From a virus (taxonomy: Duplodnaviria; Heunggongvirae; Uroviricota; Caudoviricetes): DNA of 25,135 bases. The stretch lies in the IMG/VR virus record IMGVR_UViG_3300043436_001089. The stretch is one strand, 5' to 3'. A program made the position numbers and the translations under genes. Below, one piece after another: positions 13,376 through 22,322 of the stretch (position 1 is its first letter; every line of letters starts with the position of its first letter). The notes under the pieces are model-generated. The model worked only from the letters and a program-made list of their open reading frames with translations. It was not told the origin of the DNA and searched no databases.

Positions 13376-15715
13376 TTAACCTATACGCCAGTTAGTTCCG
13401 TCACACCATACACATACAGTATTTGAACCACTGTTACCAACAATTGCACCAAAGTTTCCTACCGATGCCAAGTTAGCGTCACTGACAAATGCTCTAAATC
13501 CTGCTACTGCATATTGACCGGATGGCAATGTATCTACTGTTAGAACAGGACTTTGAGTAACTCCGGCTTCAGTAAACAAATAGTTTTTAGCATTGGTTGT
13601 TAATTTAATACCATTTACTGATGTTAACCTATTTGGTAGTGTGAACTGAGCAATCTGTTGACCACCACCAGTTCCACTTACTGTAAATGTGCCTGCGCCC
13701 CCACCAGTATATACCCCGGTAACAGTTGTAGATGTGCTACCAAGTATTATGGTATCACCTACTTCCATCAATGCTAATACGCCTAGCATATAAGTAGAAG
13801 ATGCATTGGTGAATGTCAGTGTATTACCAGACCAGACTAAATCATCATACTGATATAATATATCAAATGTAGCAAGTGGAATATTATTTGTTACAATACC
13901 ACCTTGTGGTAATACTAAGTTACCAGCAGTGTCAAATGTCCAAGTGTTACCACCACTGTGTACGAATACATTAGGAGCAGCTCCGTTATAATAACCTACT
14001 TCAAAACTTGAATCTTCACCGCCTAAGAATATGTTAGCAAGTGGTTCATCAATATTTGAACTTGGTGCTCGTAAGTGAATATGTCCCGGGGCAGTTGGAT
14101 CAAGAACTAGTGACTGTGAACTATATCCAACAGATGGTGTCAAGATCATTGTGCTGACATTTGGATTTATTGGATCCAATGAACTGTTAGCAACGCTTTG
14201 AATTACGCTCTCACCACCTGCTAAGATTAAGTTACCAGTAGTATCAAGAGTCATTGCATATGAAATGTTACCATCATACGAACTCATAATGATGTTACCG
14301 GTGCTACTTACTTGAACAAACTTTTGATCGTCACCTATAATTAAATCATATGCTTCATTGTTGCCAGTGTCCATATGAATATGACTTGCTACATCACCTG
14401 AACGAACCCTTACATATGCTAAGTTAGCAGTAAAGTCTGGGCCAGCACTTAACTCTAATTGTGAATTGTCGCCTTGAACTGTAACATCATCAAATGTTAC
14501 ATTGCCTGTGTTAGCATTGCCCCCGGCTACTGCCGCAAACACACCATTACCGTATAACACATTACTATTGCTACCGGTTAAATTGATAGAAGAAATATTA
14601 CCAAGATTATTTGCTGTAATATTTCCAGTAGCACTAATATTGCCACCGGAGATGTTACCAGTACTTGGTTCAACAGTAGCATAGTTTACATATTTTAGAT
14701 TACCATCATATGTCATTATACTCATAGCACCGTTAGAGGTGATATCTTGTGCGACTGTCGGTGCCGCTATTACCGCAAACACTCCGTTGCCATATAATAC
14801 ATTACTAGTACTACCATCCAGTGCTAGTGTAGCGATGTTGCCTATACCAACAACATTAGCAACAGCAACACTATTAGCAGTACCGGCATATGTGACAGCA
14901 CCTGTAACGTTTGCTCCTGCTACATTAGTTGCGTATGTTGCTGTTGCAACTGCGCCTGAAACATTGGCTCCTTGAATGTTTGACAATCCACTACCATTAC
15001 CAGTTAAGAAAGGCGATGAAAGAATTCCGGTTACTTTATCAAACGTAAATCCTGCATTGCCACCAAACACACCATTGTCATTAAATTGTATTTGTGTATC
15101 AGTTCCACCAGGCGCCCCGTTACCACCACCTCCGCCAAATACATAGCCGTTAGCATAGTAATAGCGATCTGTGTATATTGCATTCGGTCTTACATTACCC
15201 GTAGCATTTAAATTTACTGTATTGGTATTACCAGATATAGTCACCGTAGATGCCGCGAGATTTGCTGTGGTTAGTTTATTGTTTCCAGCATCCCACGTTA
15301 GGTCTGGATCACCCGCAAAGATACCACCGTTGTTGAATTGAAGTTGTGAATTACTGCCACCTGGATTACCATTTCCAGATCCAGACTGTGCCACCCACGC
15401 TAAGTTACTAGCCCCGTCAGTTTGTAATATGTATCCGTTGACCCCACCTGAGATTTTCAATGTATTAACGTTCAATGTACCGACGCTAGTGATGTTAGGC
15501 TGTGCGGCATTAACAACACTGTATGCAAGTGTGGAGAGGAATGCAGGGGATAACGTGTTACCTGCCTGCCCCATTATAAAGTTAGCAACGTTACCTACAG
15601 TTACTTTTTGTGTTATCGCAGTACCGGTGGTGTTGACTACTGGTAATAATGTATTGCTTGCTAGTCCATTACCAATATTTTGCAGTTGTGTTATTTTTAT
15701 TGTTGTATTTGCCAT
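13376..15715 (-). CDS. virion structural / tail fibre-like protein (779 aa, Gly/Asn/Thr-rich, modular repeats)
   Basis: N-terminal IKITQL; duplicated GG.x.QxQFN and NVLYGNGVFA modules; C-terminal AFVSDA...DGTNWRIG; AGGA RBS. Confidence 0.7.
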   Translation of the reverse strand: MANTTIKITQLQNIGNGLASNTLLPVVNTTGTAITQKVTVGNVANFIMGQAGNTLSPAFLSTLAYSVVNAAQPNITSVGTLNVNTLKISGGVNGYILQTDGASNLAWVAQSGSGNGNPGGSNSQLQFNNGGIFAGDPDLTWDAGNNKLTTANLAASTVTISGNTNTVNLNATGNVRPNAIYTDRYYYANGYVFGGGGGNGAPGGTDTQIQFNDNGVFGGNAGFTFDKVTGILSSPFLTGNGSGLSNIQGANVSGAVATATYATNVAGANVTGAVTYAGTANSVAVANVVGIGNIATLALDGSTSNVLYGNGVFAVIAAPTVAQDITSNGAMSIMTYDGNLKYVNYATVEPSTGNISGGNISATGNITANNLGNISSINLTGSNSNVLYGNGVFAAVAGGNANTGNVTFDDVTVQGDNSQLELSAGPDFTANLAYVRVRSGDVASHIHMDTGNNEAYDLIIGDDQKFVQVSSTGNIIMSSYDGNISYAMTLDTTGNLILAGGESVIQSVANSSLDPINPNVSTMILTPSVGYSSQSLVLDPTAPGHIHLRAPSSNIDEPLANIFLGGEDSSFEVGYYNGAAPNVFVHSGGNTWTFDTAGNLVLPQGGIVTNNIPLATFDILYQYDDLVWSGNTLTFTNASSTYMLGVLALMEVGDTIILGSTSTTVTGVYTGGGAGTFTVSGTGGGQQIAQFTLPNRLTSVNGIKLTTNAKNYLFTEAGVTQSPVLTVDTLPSGQYAVAGFRAFVSDANLASVGNFGAIVGNSGSNTVCVWCDGTNWRIG

Positions 15716-15727
15716 TTTTTATCCTGC

Positions 15728-16822
15728 TTATGCGAATGTCACACCGTTTTGTCCGATACAGTACCACTTGCTGTTCATGTACTGTAGAGTACATCCATCA
15801 CCGATATCATTGAATGTGATAGTACCTGTACCACTTGATTTCCATCCTGCGTTCGTGACGGTGATAACCATATCGCCACTGTCTGCGACCATCATGAATG
15901 TTTTAATTTGTCCTGTTGTACCTGCTGCCAATGTTGCTGTACTTGCACCTGAGGTAGAGAAGTAACTTGCAGTTACAGCTAAGTTTGCCGCCGCACCTGA
16001 TGCTAGGTTCTCACTGCTAGTTAACAAGAATTGTCCTGTTATTGATACGTTTGCGGGCAATTCAACAGCCATTGTTCCGGTAGTTGTTATTGGGCTACCG
16101 GATACAGTCAATGTACTACTTGATAGTCCTACACTAGTTACAGTTCCGCCTGCACTAGTACTTGATATAGTGATGTTTCCGTTAGGGCCACTAACTAGAA
16201 TACCAGCACCTGCACTAATTCTAGTAACACCTGTGTTAATTACCGTCATTGTGCCATTTGATGTTACCGGACTACCAGTAACACTGATACCTGTACCAGG
16301 AGATATACCTACGCTAGTAACTGTACCTACAGAGTTTGCACTAGCAATACTAGTGACTCTACCGTATGCGTCAACTGCTACAGTAGGATATGTATATGAT
16401 CCTGCAGTAACACCGGTTGTTGCTAAGTCTAACGTTATATTACCATTAGTTGTGATTGGACTACCTGTAGCAACTATACGAGTTGATGAAACCGGGACGA
16501 TTCCTACTGATGTAACAGTGCCACCTGCACCATTACCGCCACCTGTGCTAGAAATAGTTACGTTACCGTTTGCCTGATCTATAACAATGCCCGTGCCGGC
16601 AATAATACTAGTAACACCTGTATTTGTTAAAGTAAGAGTTCCAGAACTTGAGACAGCAGATGCATTTATCCCTACACCAATGAATGTGTTGTAGGGGCTT
16701 GCGTTGTTGAATAGAGTTGTGAAGTTTGTTTGTGTCTTGGTAAAGGCTGTATATAAAGAATCACTGCCAGCGGATTCGTTTTGTATGCCTATATTTATGT
16801 CCTGGATGCCTGAAATTGCCAT
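15728..16822 (-). CDS. virion structural protein (364 aa) with T4-type baseplate/fibre-like N-terminal motif
   Basis: INIGIQNESAGSDSLYTAFTKTQTNF resembles the INIG..NDGTGD.LR.AF.K.N.NF motif; repeated GTVTSVG / GVT.I.AG.GI units; GAGGA RBS. Confidence 0.7.
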   Translation of the reverse strand: MAISGIQDINIGIQNESAGSDSLYTAFTKTQTNFTTLFNNASPYNTFIGVGINASAVSSSGTLTLTNTGVTSIIAGTGIVIDQANGNVTISSTGGGNGAGGTVTSVGIVPVSSTRIVATGSPITTNGNITLDLATTGVTAGSYTYPTVAVDAYGRVTSIASANSVGTVTSVGISPGTGISVTGSPVTSNGTMTVINTGVTRISAGAGILVSGPNGNITISSTSAGGTVTSVGLSSSTLTVSGSPITTTGTMAVELPANVSITGQFLLTSSENLASGAAANLAVTASYFSTSGASTATLAAGTTGQIKTFMMVADSGDMVITVTNAGWKSSGTGTITFNDIGDGCTLQYMNSKWYCIGQNGVTFA

Positions 16823-16823
16823 A

Positions 16824-16862
16824 GTTTAGTCCTCATATTGTATTTATCAATATGGACTAAAC
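16824..16862 (-). promoter_or_regulatory. RBS-occluding hairpin with ATAAATA loop (T4-late-type control, putative)
   Basis: 8 bp, 2-nt bulge, 7 bp stem; 3' arm holds most of the GAGGA SD; loop ATAAATA on the - strand. Confidence 0.6.
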
Positions 16863-17176
16863 GAACTCCCGCATCCACAGTTAGTCTTAGCCTGAGGGTT
16901 ATTAATTGAAAATCTAGAACCTTGTAAATCTTCTACGTAATCAACAGTTGCACCAGCGATATATTGTGCGCTCATACTGTCTACTAGGACACTTGACGAT
17001 CCTGCAGGGATTTCAAAATCATCTTCGTTTTGATCCTCATCTAAGCTAAACCCATAAGACATTCCTGAACATCCGCCACCTTGTACAAACATTCGTAATC
17101 TAAGTGACGGCTTATTTTCTTCTGATAGTATCTCTGCTATCTTGTGTTGTGCTGATTCAGTTATAGTGATATCCAT
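16847..17176 (-). CDS. erpA: A-type Fe-S cluster carrier, HesB/IscA/ErpA family
   Basis: ITITESA, LRMFVQGGGCSGMSYGF, VDSMSAQY, NNPQAKTNCGCGSSF (three conserved Cys); AAGGA RBS. Confidence 0.88.
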   Translation of the reverse strand: MDITITESAQHKIAEILSEENKPSLRLRMFVQGGGCSGMSYGFSLDEDQNEDDFEIPAGSSSVLVDSMSAQYIAGATVDYVEDLQGSRFSINNPQAKTNCGCGSSFSPY

Positions 17177-17195
17177 ATGATTCCTTTGTTATATA

Positions 17196-17951
17196 CTATT
17201 TAACTTGGTAACGCAATATGGAAGAAACATTATCTGCAACGGCTTCGTGTGATTTTATTCCCGGATGTGACAAATCTCTAGCTAAGTCTAGTCTTCTGAA
17301 AGAAATATCACCTGTATCTGAATAAGACGCATGACCGTTATAGTTTAATTTTACTAGCGGACATTGAACTACTGTGTTTATTAAGCGGTAGGATATATTT
17401 TTTCTAGCATGGAAAGCTCCGGTTTCTTCCCCGTTGAATAATAACTTCCCGACGTTCTTGTCATTAGTAGCGTTCCAACTGCCATTAGGTAACAGATTGT
17501 CATATCCCGGATACATTGATACAAATCTACTGTGATCCGGTAACTGTGCGATAACTGCCTTAGGTTTCTTGTTGAATTTAAAGAACCAAGTTAATAAGTT
17601 GTATTCTACTACATCTATTCCGGTAGCAGATATTGCTAGATTATAATAGTCGCACTTTAAGTTGGATGATACAAGATTGGGGTAAGTTTTTTCTAACTCT
17701 ACTCCTACCCCTTGTGTATGACTGCATCCAATAAAAAGTATATAGTTATCAAAATCTAAATCGTTAACTTCTTTGGATCTATGCCCATATGAGTTAAAAG
17801 AATAGCTTATGTTTGTGTCACGGTAATACCAATCCTGAGGCTGAGTTTCTTTATTGATATTGAAATTCTCTAAGCTATCACCAGTACCATGTAGATATTC
17901 TAGCTTGATACTAATAGAATCTTCTCCGATAAAGTCATCATAGAATTTCAT
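17196..17951 (-). CDS. SGNH/GDSL-hydrolase-like protein, paralog 1
   Basis: start trimmed to MKFYDDF (ATGA overlap); block I-like FIGCSHTQG, YNLAISATG, C-terminal RDLSHPG (DxxH). Confidence 0.6.
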   Translation of the reverse strand: MKFYDDFIGEDSISIKLEYLHGTGDSLENFNINKETQPQDWYYRDTNISYSFNSYGHRSKEVNDLDFDNYILFIGCSHTQGVGVELEKTYPNLVSSNLKCDYYNLAISATGIDVVEYNLLTWFFKFNKKPKAVIAQLPDHSRFVSMYPGYDNLLPNGSWNATNDKNVGKLLFNGEETGAFHARKNISYRLINTVVQCPLVKLNYNGHASYSDTGDISFRRLDLARDLSHPGIKSHEAVADNVSSILRYQVK

Positions 17952-18571
17952 GGTCTTACGGTCCACATACGTTTGTTGATTTCAGTAACTAGGTTGGTTG
18001 AAATCTTGTGATGGTCAAACATATCATCATTATGATATATGTTGACAATGTTCTGTGAGAATGCAGGTTGTCTATCTTTGAAAACAATTTGATATATAGG
18101 CAATTTGATTAAGTTGTTAATTTGCCTATCTGCAAACACATGTCTTGTATTAAAGAAGCCGGTAATGTTTCCTGCATCTAATAACTCTCGCACACTATCA
18201 TCGGCTAAATTGCAATAATCATAATATGAATAGTTCTGGTCCGATACGATTAATGAATTTAAAAACTCACAACTAACAATAACAGCCTTGGGTTTCTGTT
18301 TCACTAACGTAAACCATGTAATCAGATTATAGCGTAATGCATCTAATCCACCATTGAATATGGATAGATTATAATAATCAGCCTTTAGCTTTCGTGCTAC
18401 TAAGTAGGGATAAGTTTCTTCAATAGGTGTACCAAGACCAACACCTATGTTGTCCCCTGCAAACAAAACATAATTGTGTAAATTAAGGTTTGCTAATTCT
18501 TTACAGCGATGCCCGTGTGAATTGAAATCAATTCCCGGGTCATGACCCAAGAAGCTTTCATAAAATTGCAT
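17948..18571 (-). CDS. SGNH-like paralog 2, catalytic motifs degenerate
   Basis: aligns by eye with paralog 1 (FNSHGHRCKE, NYVLFAGDN, ETYP, DYYNL, YNLITWF, KPKAVI); Ser position is Asn. Confidence 0.55.
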   Translation of the reverse strand: MQFYESFLGHDPGIDFNSHGHRCKELANLNLHNYVLFAGDNIGVGLGTPIEETYPYLVARKLKADYYNLSIFNGGLDALRYNLITWFTLVKQKPKAVIVSCEFLNSLIVSDQNYSYYDYCNLADDSVRELLDAGNITGFFNTRHVFADRQINNLIKLPIYQIVFKDRQPAFSQNIVNIYHNDDMFDHHKISTNLVTEINKRMWTVRP

Positions 18572-18786
18572 TACCTGCGCCTTACGATTCTTCCTTTTGT
18601 CAGGTCGTACGGGCTGAACTCAATTTCTACTACATCACCTAGTAGAATTTTAATGTCATGCTTACGCATCTTACCTGAAATATATCCAGTCACTGTCTGA
18701 CCGGCATTCAATGTAACTCTAAAGACAGCATTGGGTAATACATCAATTACCTTACCGTCCATCTTAATGCCTTCTTCTTTAGCCAT
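18571..18786 (-). CDS. infA: translation initiation factor IF-1
   Basis: 71 aa; [49 protein letters not shown]; AAGGAG upstream. Confidence 0.92.
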   Translation of the reverse strand: MAKEEGIKMDGKVIDVLPNAVFRVTLNAGQTVTGYISGKMRKHDIKILLGDVVEIEFSPYDLTKGRIVRRR

Positions 18787-18797
18787 ATGTATTTGCT

Positions 18798-19079
18798 TTA
18801 CGCTCCTTTAATGTATGGTTGGGCCTGAAGTTTGACCCACATGAATTTCTTCATTAGTTTTTCGTTAGTCGTGACATACCGGGTGTGCCTATAATGGTAA
18901 CTTCTGTCTTTGATTATCTTTACGCCACCTTTAGGACCCTGTCGCCAAACTTTGTCGCTAAGTGTAATCAATCTATTGTAGCCGATCCTGCTATTCTTTT
19001 CTGATGAAAAACTATATACGCCCGGTCTAATATCAGCACGGTCGTATGTGACTTCGCAGTAATAGTTATAATCAACCAC
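18798..19079 (-). CDS. hypothetical protein (93 aa), start uncertain
   Basis: GTG start overlapping the upstream stop; tight packing. Confidence 0.65.
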   Translation of the reverse strand: MVDYNYYCEVTYDRADIRPGVYSFSSEKNSRIGYNRLITLSDKVWRQGPKGGVKIIKDRSYHYRHTRYVTTNEKLMKKFMWVKLQAQPYIKGA

Positions 19080-19464
19080 GGCGCATCCTAGAAATTTCTA
19101 CGGCTTGTTCGTCACTGAAAATTGGTACAGCGTTTGACTTGTGCATAGTACCGATGCCAAGAATCTTGTTGCCGGTGTAAACTTTGTGAACGGATGAAGT
19201 AGAACCACCTGCGGTTACGCGGCTGGGAATATGATTACTTGTAGAACGACCTACAGGTGCTGACAGTTTGTAGTCGAGTGTAGGTTGAGCCAAAGCACGT
19301 TTGCGCTTTTTGTCTTCAGCCTCAACGTCCCACTTTTTTTGTAGCTCTTTCCAAGATTCATCAAGCTCACGGGCTTTGCGGGCCTCGTCTGCATTACGGA
19401 ATTTAACTTTACCCTTGCGCTTGCCGCCCATAGACAGTGCGGGATGTGCTAGATGCATGGTCAT
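19072..19464 (-). CDS. basic hypothetical protein with C-terminal YTG...GIGTMHKSNAVP...MRR motif (family recalled from T4-like phages)
   Basis: 130 aa, own sigma70 promoter; family recognised from memory only. Confidence 0.75.
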   Translation of the reverse strand: MTMHLAHPALSMGGKRKGKVKFRNADEARKARELDESWKELQKKWDVEAEDKKRKRALAQPTLDYKLSAPVGRSTSNHIPSRVTAGGSTSSVHKVYTGNKILGIGTMHKSNAVPIFSDEQAVEISRMRRG

Positions 19465-19496
19465 GATGTATGGTTCATAGTTGTAAAACAGTTACT

Positions 19497-19525
19497 ATTA
19501 TATAGGATATGTGAGTTTTTGTCAA
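19497..19525 (-). promoter_or_regulatory. sigma70-type promoter on the - strand
   Basis: TTGACA(19525-19520), 17 nt, TATAAT(19502-19497). Confidence 0.8.
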
Positions 19526-19539
19526 GTACTACTAAAGTG

Positions 19540-19965
19540 TTACTTCTTTAGTATACCCCACATTTTTTCTTTCTCTTTAATCTCTGCTTCAAGCTCCATG
19601 TAAGCTTTGCGTAGGCCGCGTAAATTTTCCCACTTAGCTTCTAGTTCCTCATTTGGGTGAAGTATTGCTAATCGTTCGTCAATCTTGTCTAGTCTGTCGC
19701 TTAACTTGACACCTTGAACAGTTAGTTCACCCGTAATATCAGCATCTCCGTTAACTTGTAACGTTTTACCTTGCAAGTTTGGATCTGCTGAAATAGTAGC
19801 CCATGATGTTGCACCTATACCATTTGTTGTTAATACTGAACCCGGGGAGACCGTATATGTAGGGCTAATTCCCCAGTCATATGAACCAGTACTACCTGTT
19901 GCACCTGTGATTGATATTGTGTCCATTGTCCCATCTGAATCGGATATATAAATTGTGTCTGACAT
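19540..19965 (-). CDS. hypothetical protein, Thr/Gly-rich N-half and C-terminal coiled coil
   Basis: 141 aa; TAATG coupling to the upstream gene. Confidence 0.75.
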   Translation of the reverse strand: MSDTIYISDSDGTMDTISITGATGSTGSYDWGISPTYTVSPGSVLTTNGIGATSWATISADPNLQGKTLQVNGDADITGELTVQGVKLSDRLDKIDERLAILHPNEELEAKWENLRGLRKAYMELEAEIKEKEKMWGILKK

Positions 19966-20153
19966 TATGTTTTTTTCTTTAGTACAAGTCTGCCGTTGTC
20001 ATCTACTGCAAAGTCAATATCGTCTCCCTCTTTCCATCCCATCTTAGCTAGTAGTACGGGAGGGATAGGTAAAAGTAAATCACCGGATTTATCATCCTGT
20101 TGAGTGATTACTTCGTATCTTTGCTGTTCTGAACCTGGACCCTTGTTAGACAT
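19965..20153 (-). CDS. AbrB/MazE/SpoVT-like DNA-binding domain protein
   Basis: GDLLLPIPPVLLAKMGWKEGDDIDFAVDDNGRLVLKK swapped-hairpin pattern. Confidence 0.7.
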   Translation of the reverse strand: MSNKGPGSEQQRYEVITQQDDKSGDLLLPIPPVLLAKMGWKEGDDIDFAVDDNGRLVLKKKT

Positions 20154-20207
20154 AGTGTATCATTTTTCTAAAGTTATTGCAATACTTATCATTAATTGAT
20201 TGCCCTA

Positions 20208-20765
20208 TTATTTATTCAAAAATGGGCTATAAATCTTTTCTAACTGTGTGATAGTATCAGTTGCCGCAGTAGGTACTTCTGATTCGTCTTCGTGCTTGAC
20301 TACGATACCGCCGGCGTCACTAAATTTTTGACAGTAAGGACCAAAGTCATCAACTAACACATTTACTACACCGTCAATAACTGCATACTTATGCTTTTGG
20401 CTAGTGAAGATAGCGTTAGCACTTGAGCCAGGGTGATAGTCATCAAGCCAATCTTTCTTTGCTTGTTTACTTACATCGGCATATGGTCCTCGTAAAGGAG
20501 CACTTAACACAGTATATGGGATATTGTGTTTTTGGATCCATTCAATAATCTGTTTGCCACCTTTAAGTAAACGTAAATTTCTAAAGAAACTATAAACATT
20601 TTCGGGTGTACTATTTGCTAACAGTTCAATTTCGTTTTCTTTGTTGTCAATTGCCTTCCAATGACTGACACCGTGCTTATCAGCCCATGCCCCGAAGAAG
20701 TCAGCTTGCACTCCATCCATATCTAGGTATAAGTGTGGTATTTTTTCTAATTTGATAGTCTTCAT
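20208..20765 (-). CDS. HAD-superfamily 5'(3')-nucleotidase-like protein
   Basis: motif I LYLDMDGVQADF, motif II LSAP, motif III K, motif IV VLVDDF. Confidence 0.8.
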   Translation of the reverse strand: MKTIKLEKIPHLYLDMDGVQADFFGAWADKHGVSHWKAIDNKENEIELLANSTPENVYSFFRNLRLLKGGKQIIEWIQKHNIPYTVLSAPLRGPYADVSKQAKKDWLDDYHPGSSANAIFTSQKHKYAVIDGVVNVLVDDFGPYCQKFSDAGGIVVKHEDESEVPTAATDTITQLEKIYSPFLNK

Positions 20766-21558
20766 AAGTTTCTATAGGTAAGTTGTTTTTTAAAAATTCA
20801 GTACGATTGTTAACGTACTTGGTGTATGCAGAGTTCACTGCTTGGGTAGTTTCGTCACTGACGTTGATATTTAAAAATTGTCGTAGTTGCGTGAGTGCTA
20901 CAAATGAGTCATTCTGTTGTTTAAAAATATCTGCAAACTTTATAACCAGTACAGTATCATCTATGTTTGTAGTGTTTGTTTCAAAGAATTCATGATGATT
21001 GTAATTTTCTAAAAGTGTATCATATTTTAAATAGATCATCGTGTCAATGAATTCACGGTTGTTAAAAAACTCAGGTGTAAGTTTCATCAGTTTTCCGTAC
21101 ATCTTAATGTACGCTATGTAATACATGTTATACTCTTTTTCATTGACCTTTTGAAAAAACATCTCTTTATCATTGTATGTCAACAAGTCTGCATACCGAG
21201 GCATTAAGTTTTTATGAATCATATTAGTAGCCATCTCTAACAAATCATACTTGCTAAAAGTAATTATGATGAAACGCACATCATTCATCCTTTCATTTAT
21301 CACATTGAAATCAGGATAAGTATGACTTATTAATAAGCCTTTGTCGGGCACAGAAAATTGCCAAGTTTGATAAACGTCTGGTTTGTTATGCCCATCATCT
21401 ACATGCTTCCATGTCGTACACCATGGGTTATGATCGTGCGCAGAATTTTCGGGTGTAAATGTTAGGTTAAATGGCAAATCCTGTAACATCATCCATACAA
21501 GATTTGCTATAAATCGTCCAGAAGTGCCACCCCTGAACCCAACTACATAATGACTCAT
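20701..21558 (-). CDS. hypothetical protein, possible sulfotransferase-like (P-loop) fold
   Basis: N-terminal GFRGGTSGRFIANL Gly-rich loop and late VIKFADIF; AT-rich; fold assignment is weak. Confidence 0.5.
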   Translation of the reverse strand: MSHYVVGFRGGTSGRFIANLVWMMLQDLPFNLTFTPENSAHDHNPWCTTWKHVDDGHNKPDVYQTWQFSVPDKGLLISHTYPDFNVINERMNDVRFIIITFSKYDLLEMATNMIHKNLMPRYADLLTYNDKEMFFQKVNEKEYNMYYIAYIKMYGKLMKLTPEFFNNREFIDTMIYLKYDTLLENYNHHEFFETNTTNIDDTVLVIKFADIFKQQNDSFVALTQLRQFLNINVSDETTQAVNSAYTKYVNNRTEFLKNNLPIETYEDYQIRKNTTLIPRYGWSAS

Positions 21559-21567
21559 TAACACATT

Positions 21568-22188
21568 TTACTTGTTTGCGAGTGGATTGTCAATAGCTTT
21601 TTGGATCTTGTTGTCCACTTCTCTCTTTAACTGGTCTACATCTTTTGAGGTTTCACGCTTTAACACTTCTACTTCTCTTGCAATTTCTCTACGGGCATCA
21701 GCCATTTCTCTGCGAATAACATTAGCCTCGTTACGTGCCTTTTCCAAATCTTCACGCACTGCTTTACGCATTTCACGCATTTCGGATTCAGTTTCACGTT
21801 GGGCTGTCTTAACACTACGTTCCACTTGTTCGGTTACAGACTCATTACGGCGCAAATCATTCTTTAAGTCTGTTTTAATATCGCGGGTATAATCACTAGT
21901 CTTGGCACTATTTTCTTCAATGACCGCTAATCGCTTATCAAAGCCACTAAGATCGGGAGCACTGTATTCAGCAATCTTTTTCTTCATGCCCTGATAGTCT
22001 TTGTAGACTTCAAATGCCCCATACAATCCACCTAATGTAGATGACACTAGCGTAAATGCTACCATTAGTTTAGCGGGAGTAAATTCATATCCACCAATAC
22101 TGATGACTGTATCTTTACTAGCGTACTTCTTCATCGCCGCTTCTGCTTCGTCAATCTTTTCGTTAACGTTTTTTATTTCTTCTGTCAT
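21568..22188 (-). CDS. membrane-anchored coiled-coil protein (206 aa)
   Basis: start trimmed to MTEEIK (AAGGA RBS); hydrophobic LMVAFTLVSSTLGGLYGAF then long E/K/R heptad region. Confidence 0.8.
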   Translation of the reverse strand: MTEEIKNVNEKIDEAEAAMKKYASKDTVISIGGYEFTPAKLMVAFTLVSSTLGGLYGAFEVYKDYQGMKKKIAEYSAPDLSGFDKRLAVIEENSAKTSDYTRDIKTDLKNDLRRNESVTEQVERSVKTAQRETESEMREMRKAVREDLEKARNEANVIRREMADARREIAREVEVLKRETSKDVDQLKREVDNKIQKAIDNPLANK

Positions 22189-22198
22189 ATAATTTCCT

Positions 22199-22321
22199 TT
22201 AAAACAATGAATTCTTTTTCTTACTGTCTGTTTTCTCAAACAAACGATTAATAACTTTGATTCCCACGTATGTAACTAGTACACATATAGAAACAGTTAT
22301 ACCTGTTACCCAATCTATCAT
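22199..22321 (-). CDS. 40-aa single-TM protein (not in ORF track)
   Basis: MIDWVTGITVSICVLVTYVGIKVINRLFEKTDSKKKNSLF; GGA RBS; fills the gap between neighbours. Confidence 0.6.
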   Translation of the reverse strand: MIDWVTGITVSICVLVTYVGIKVINRLFEKTDSKKKNSLF

Positions 22322-22322
22322 A

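Noticed and set aside
19965-20153. AbrB/MazE-like gene as a toxin-antitoxin module
   Set aside because: Neither neighbour resembles a MazF/VapC-type toxin; a stand-alone regulator is more likely.
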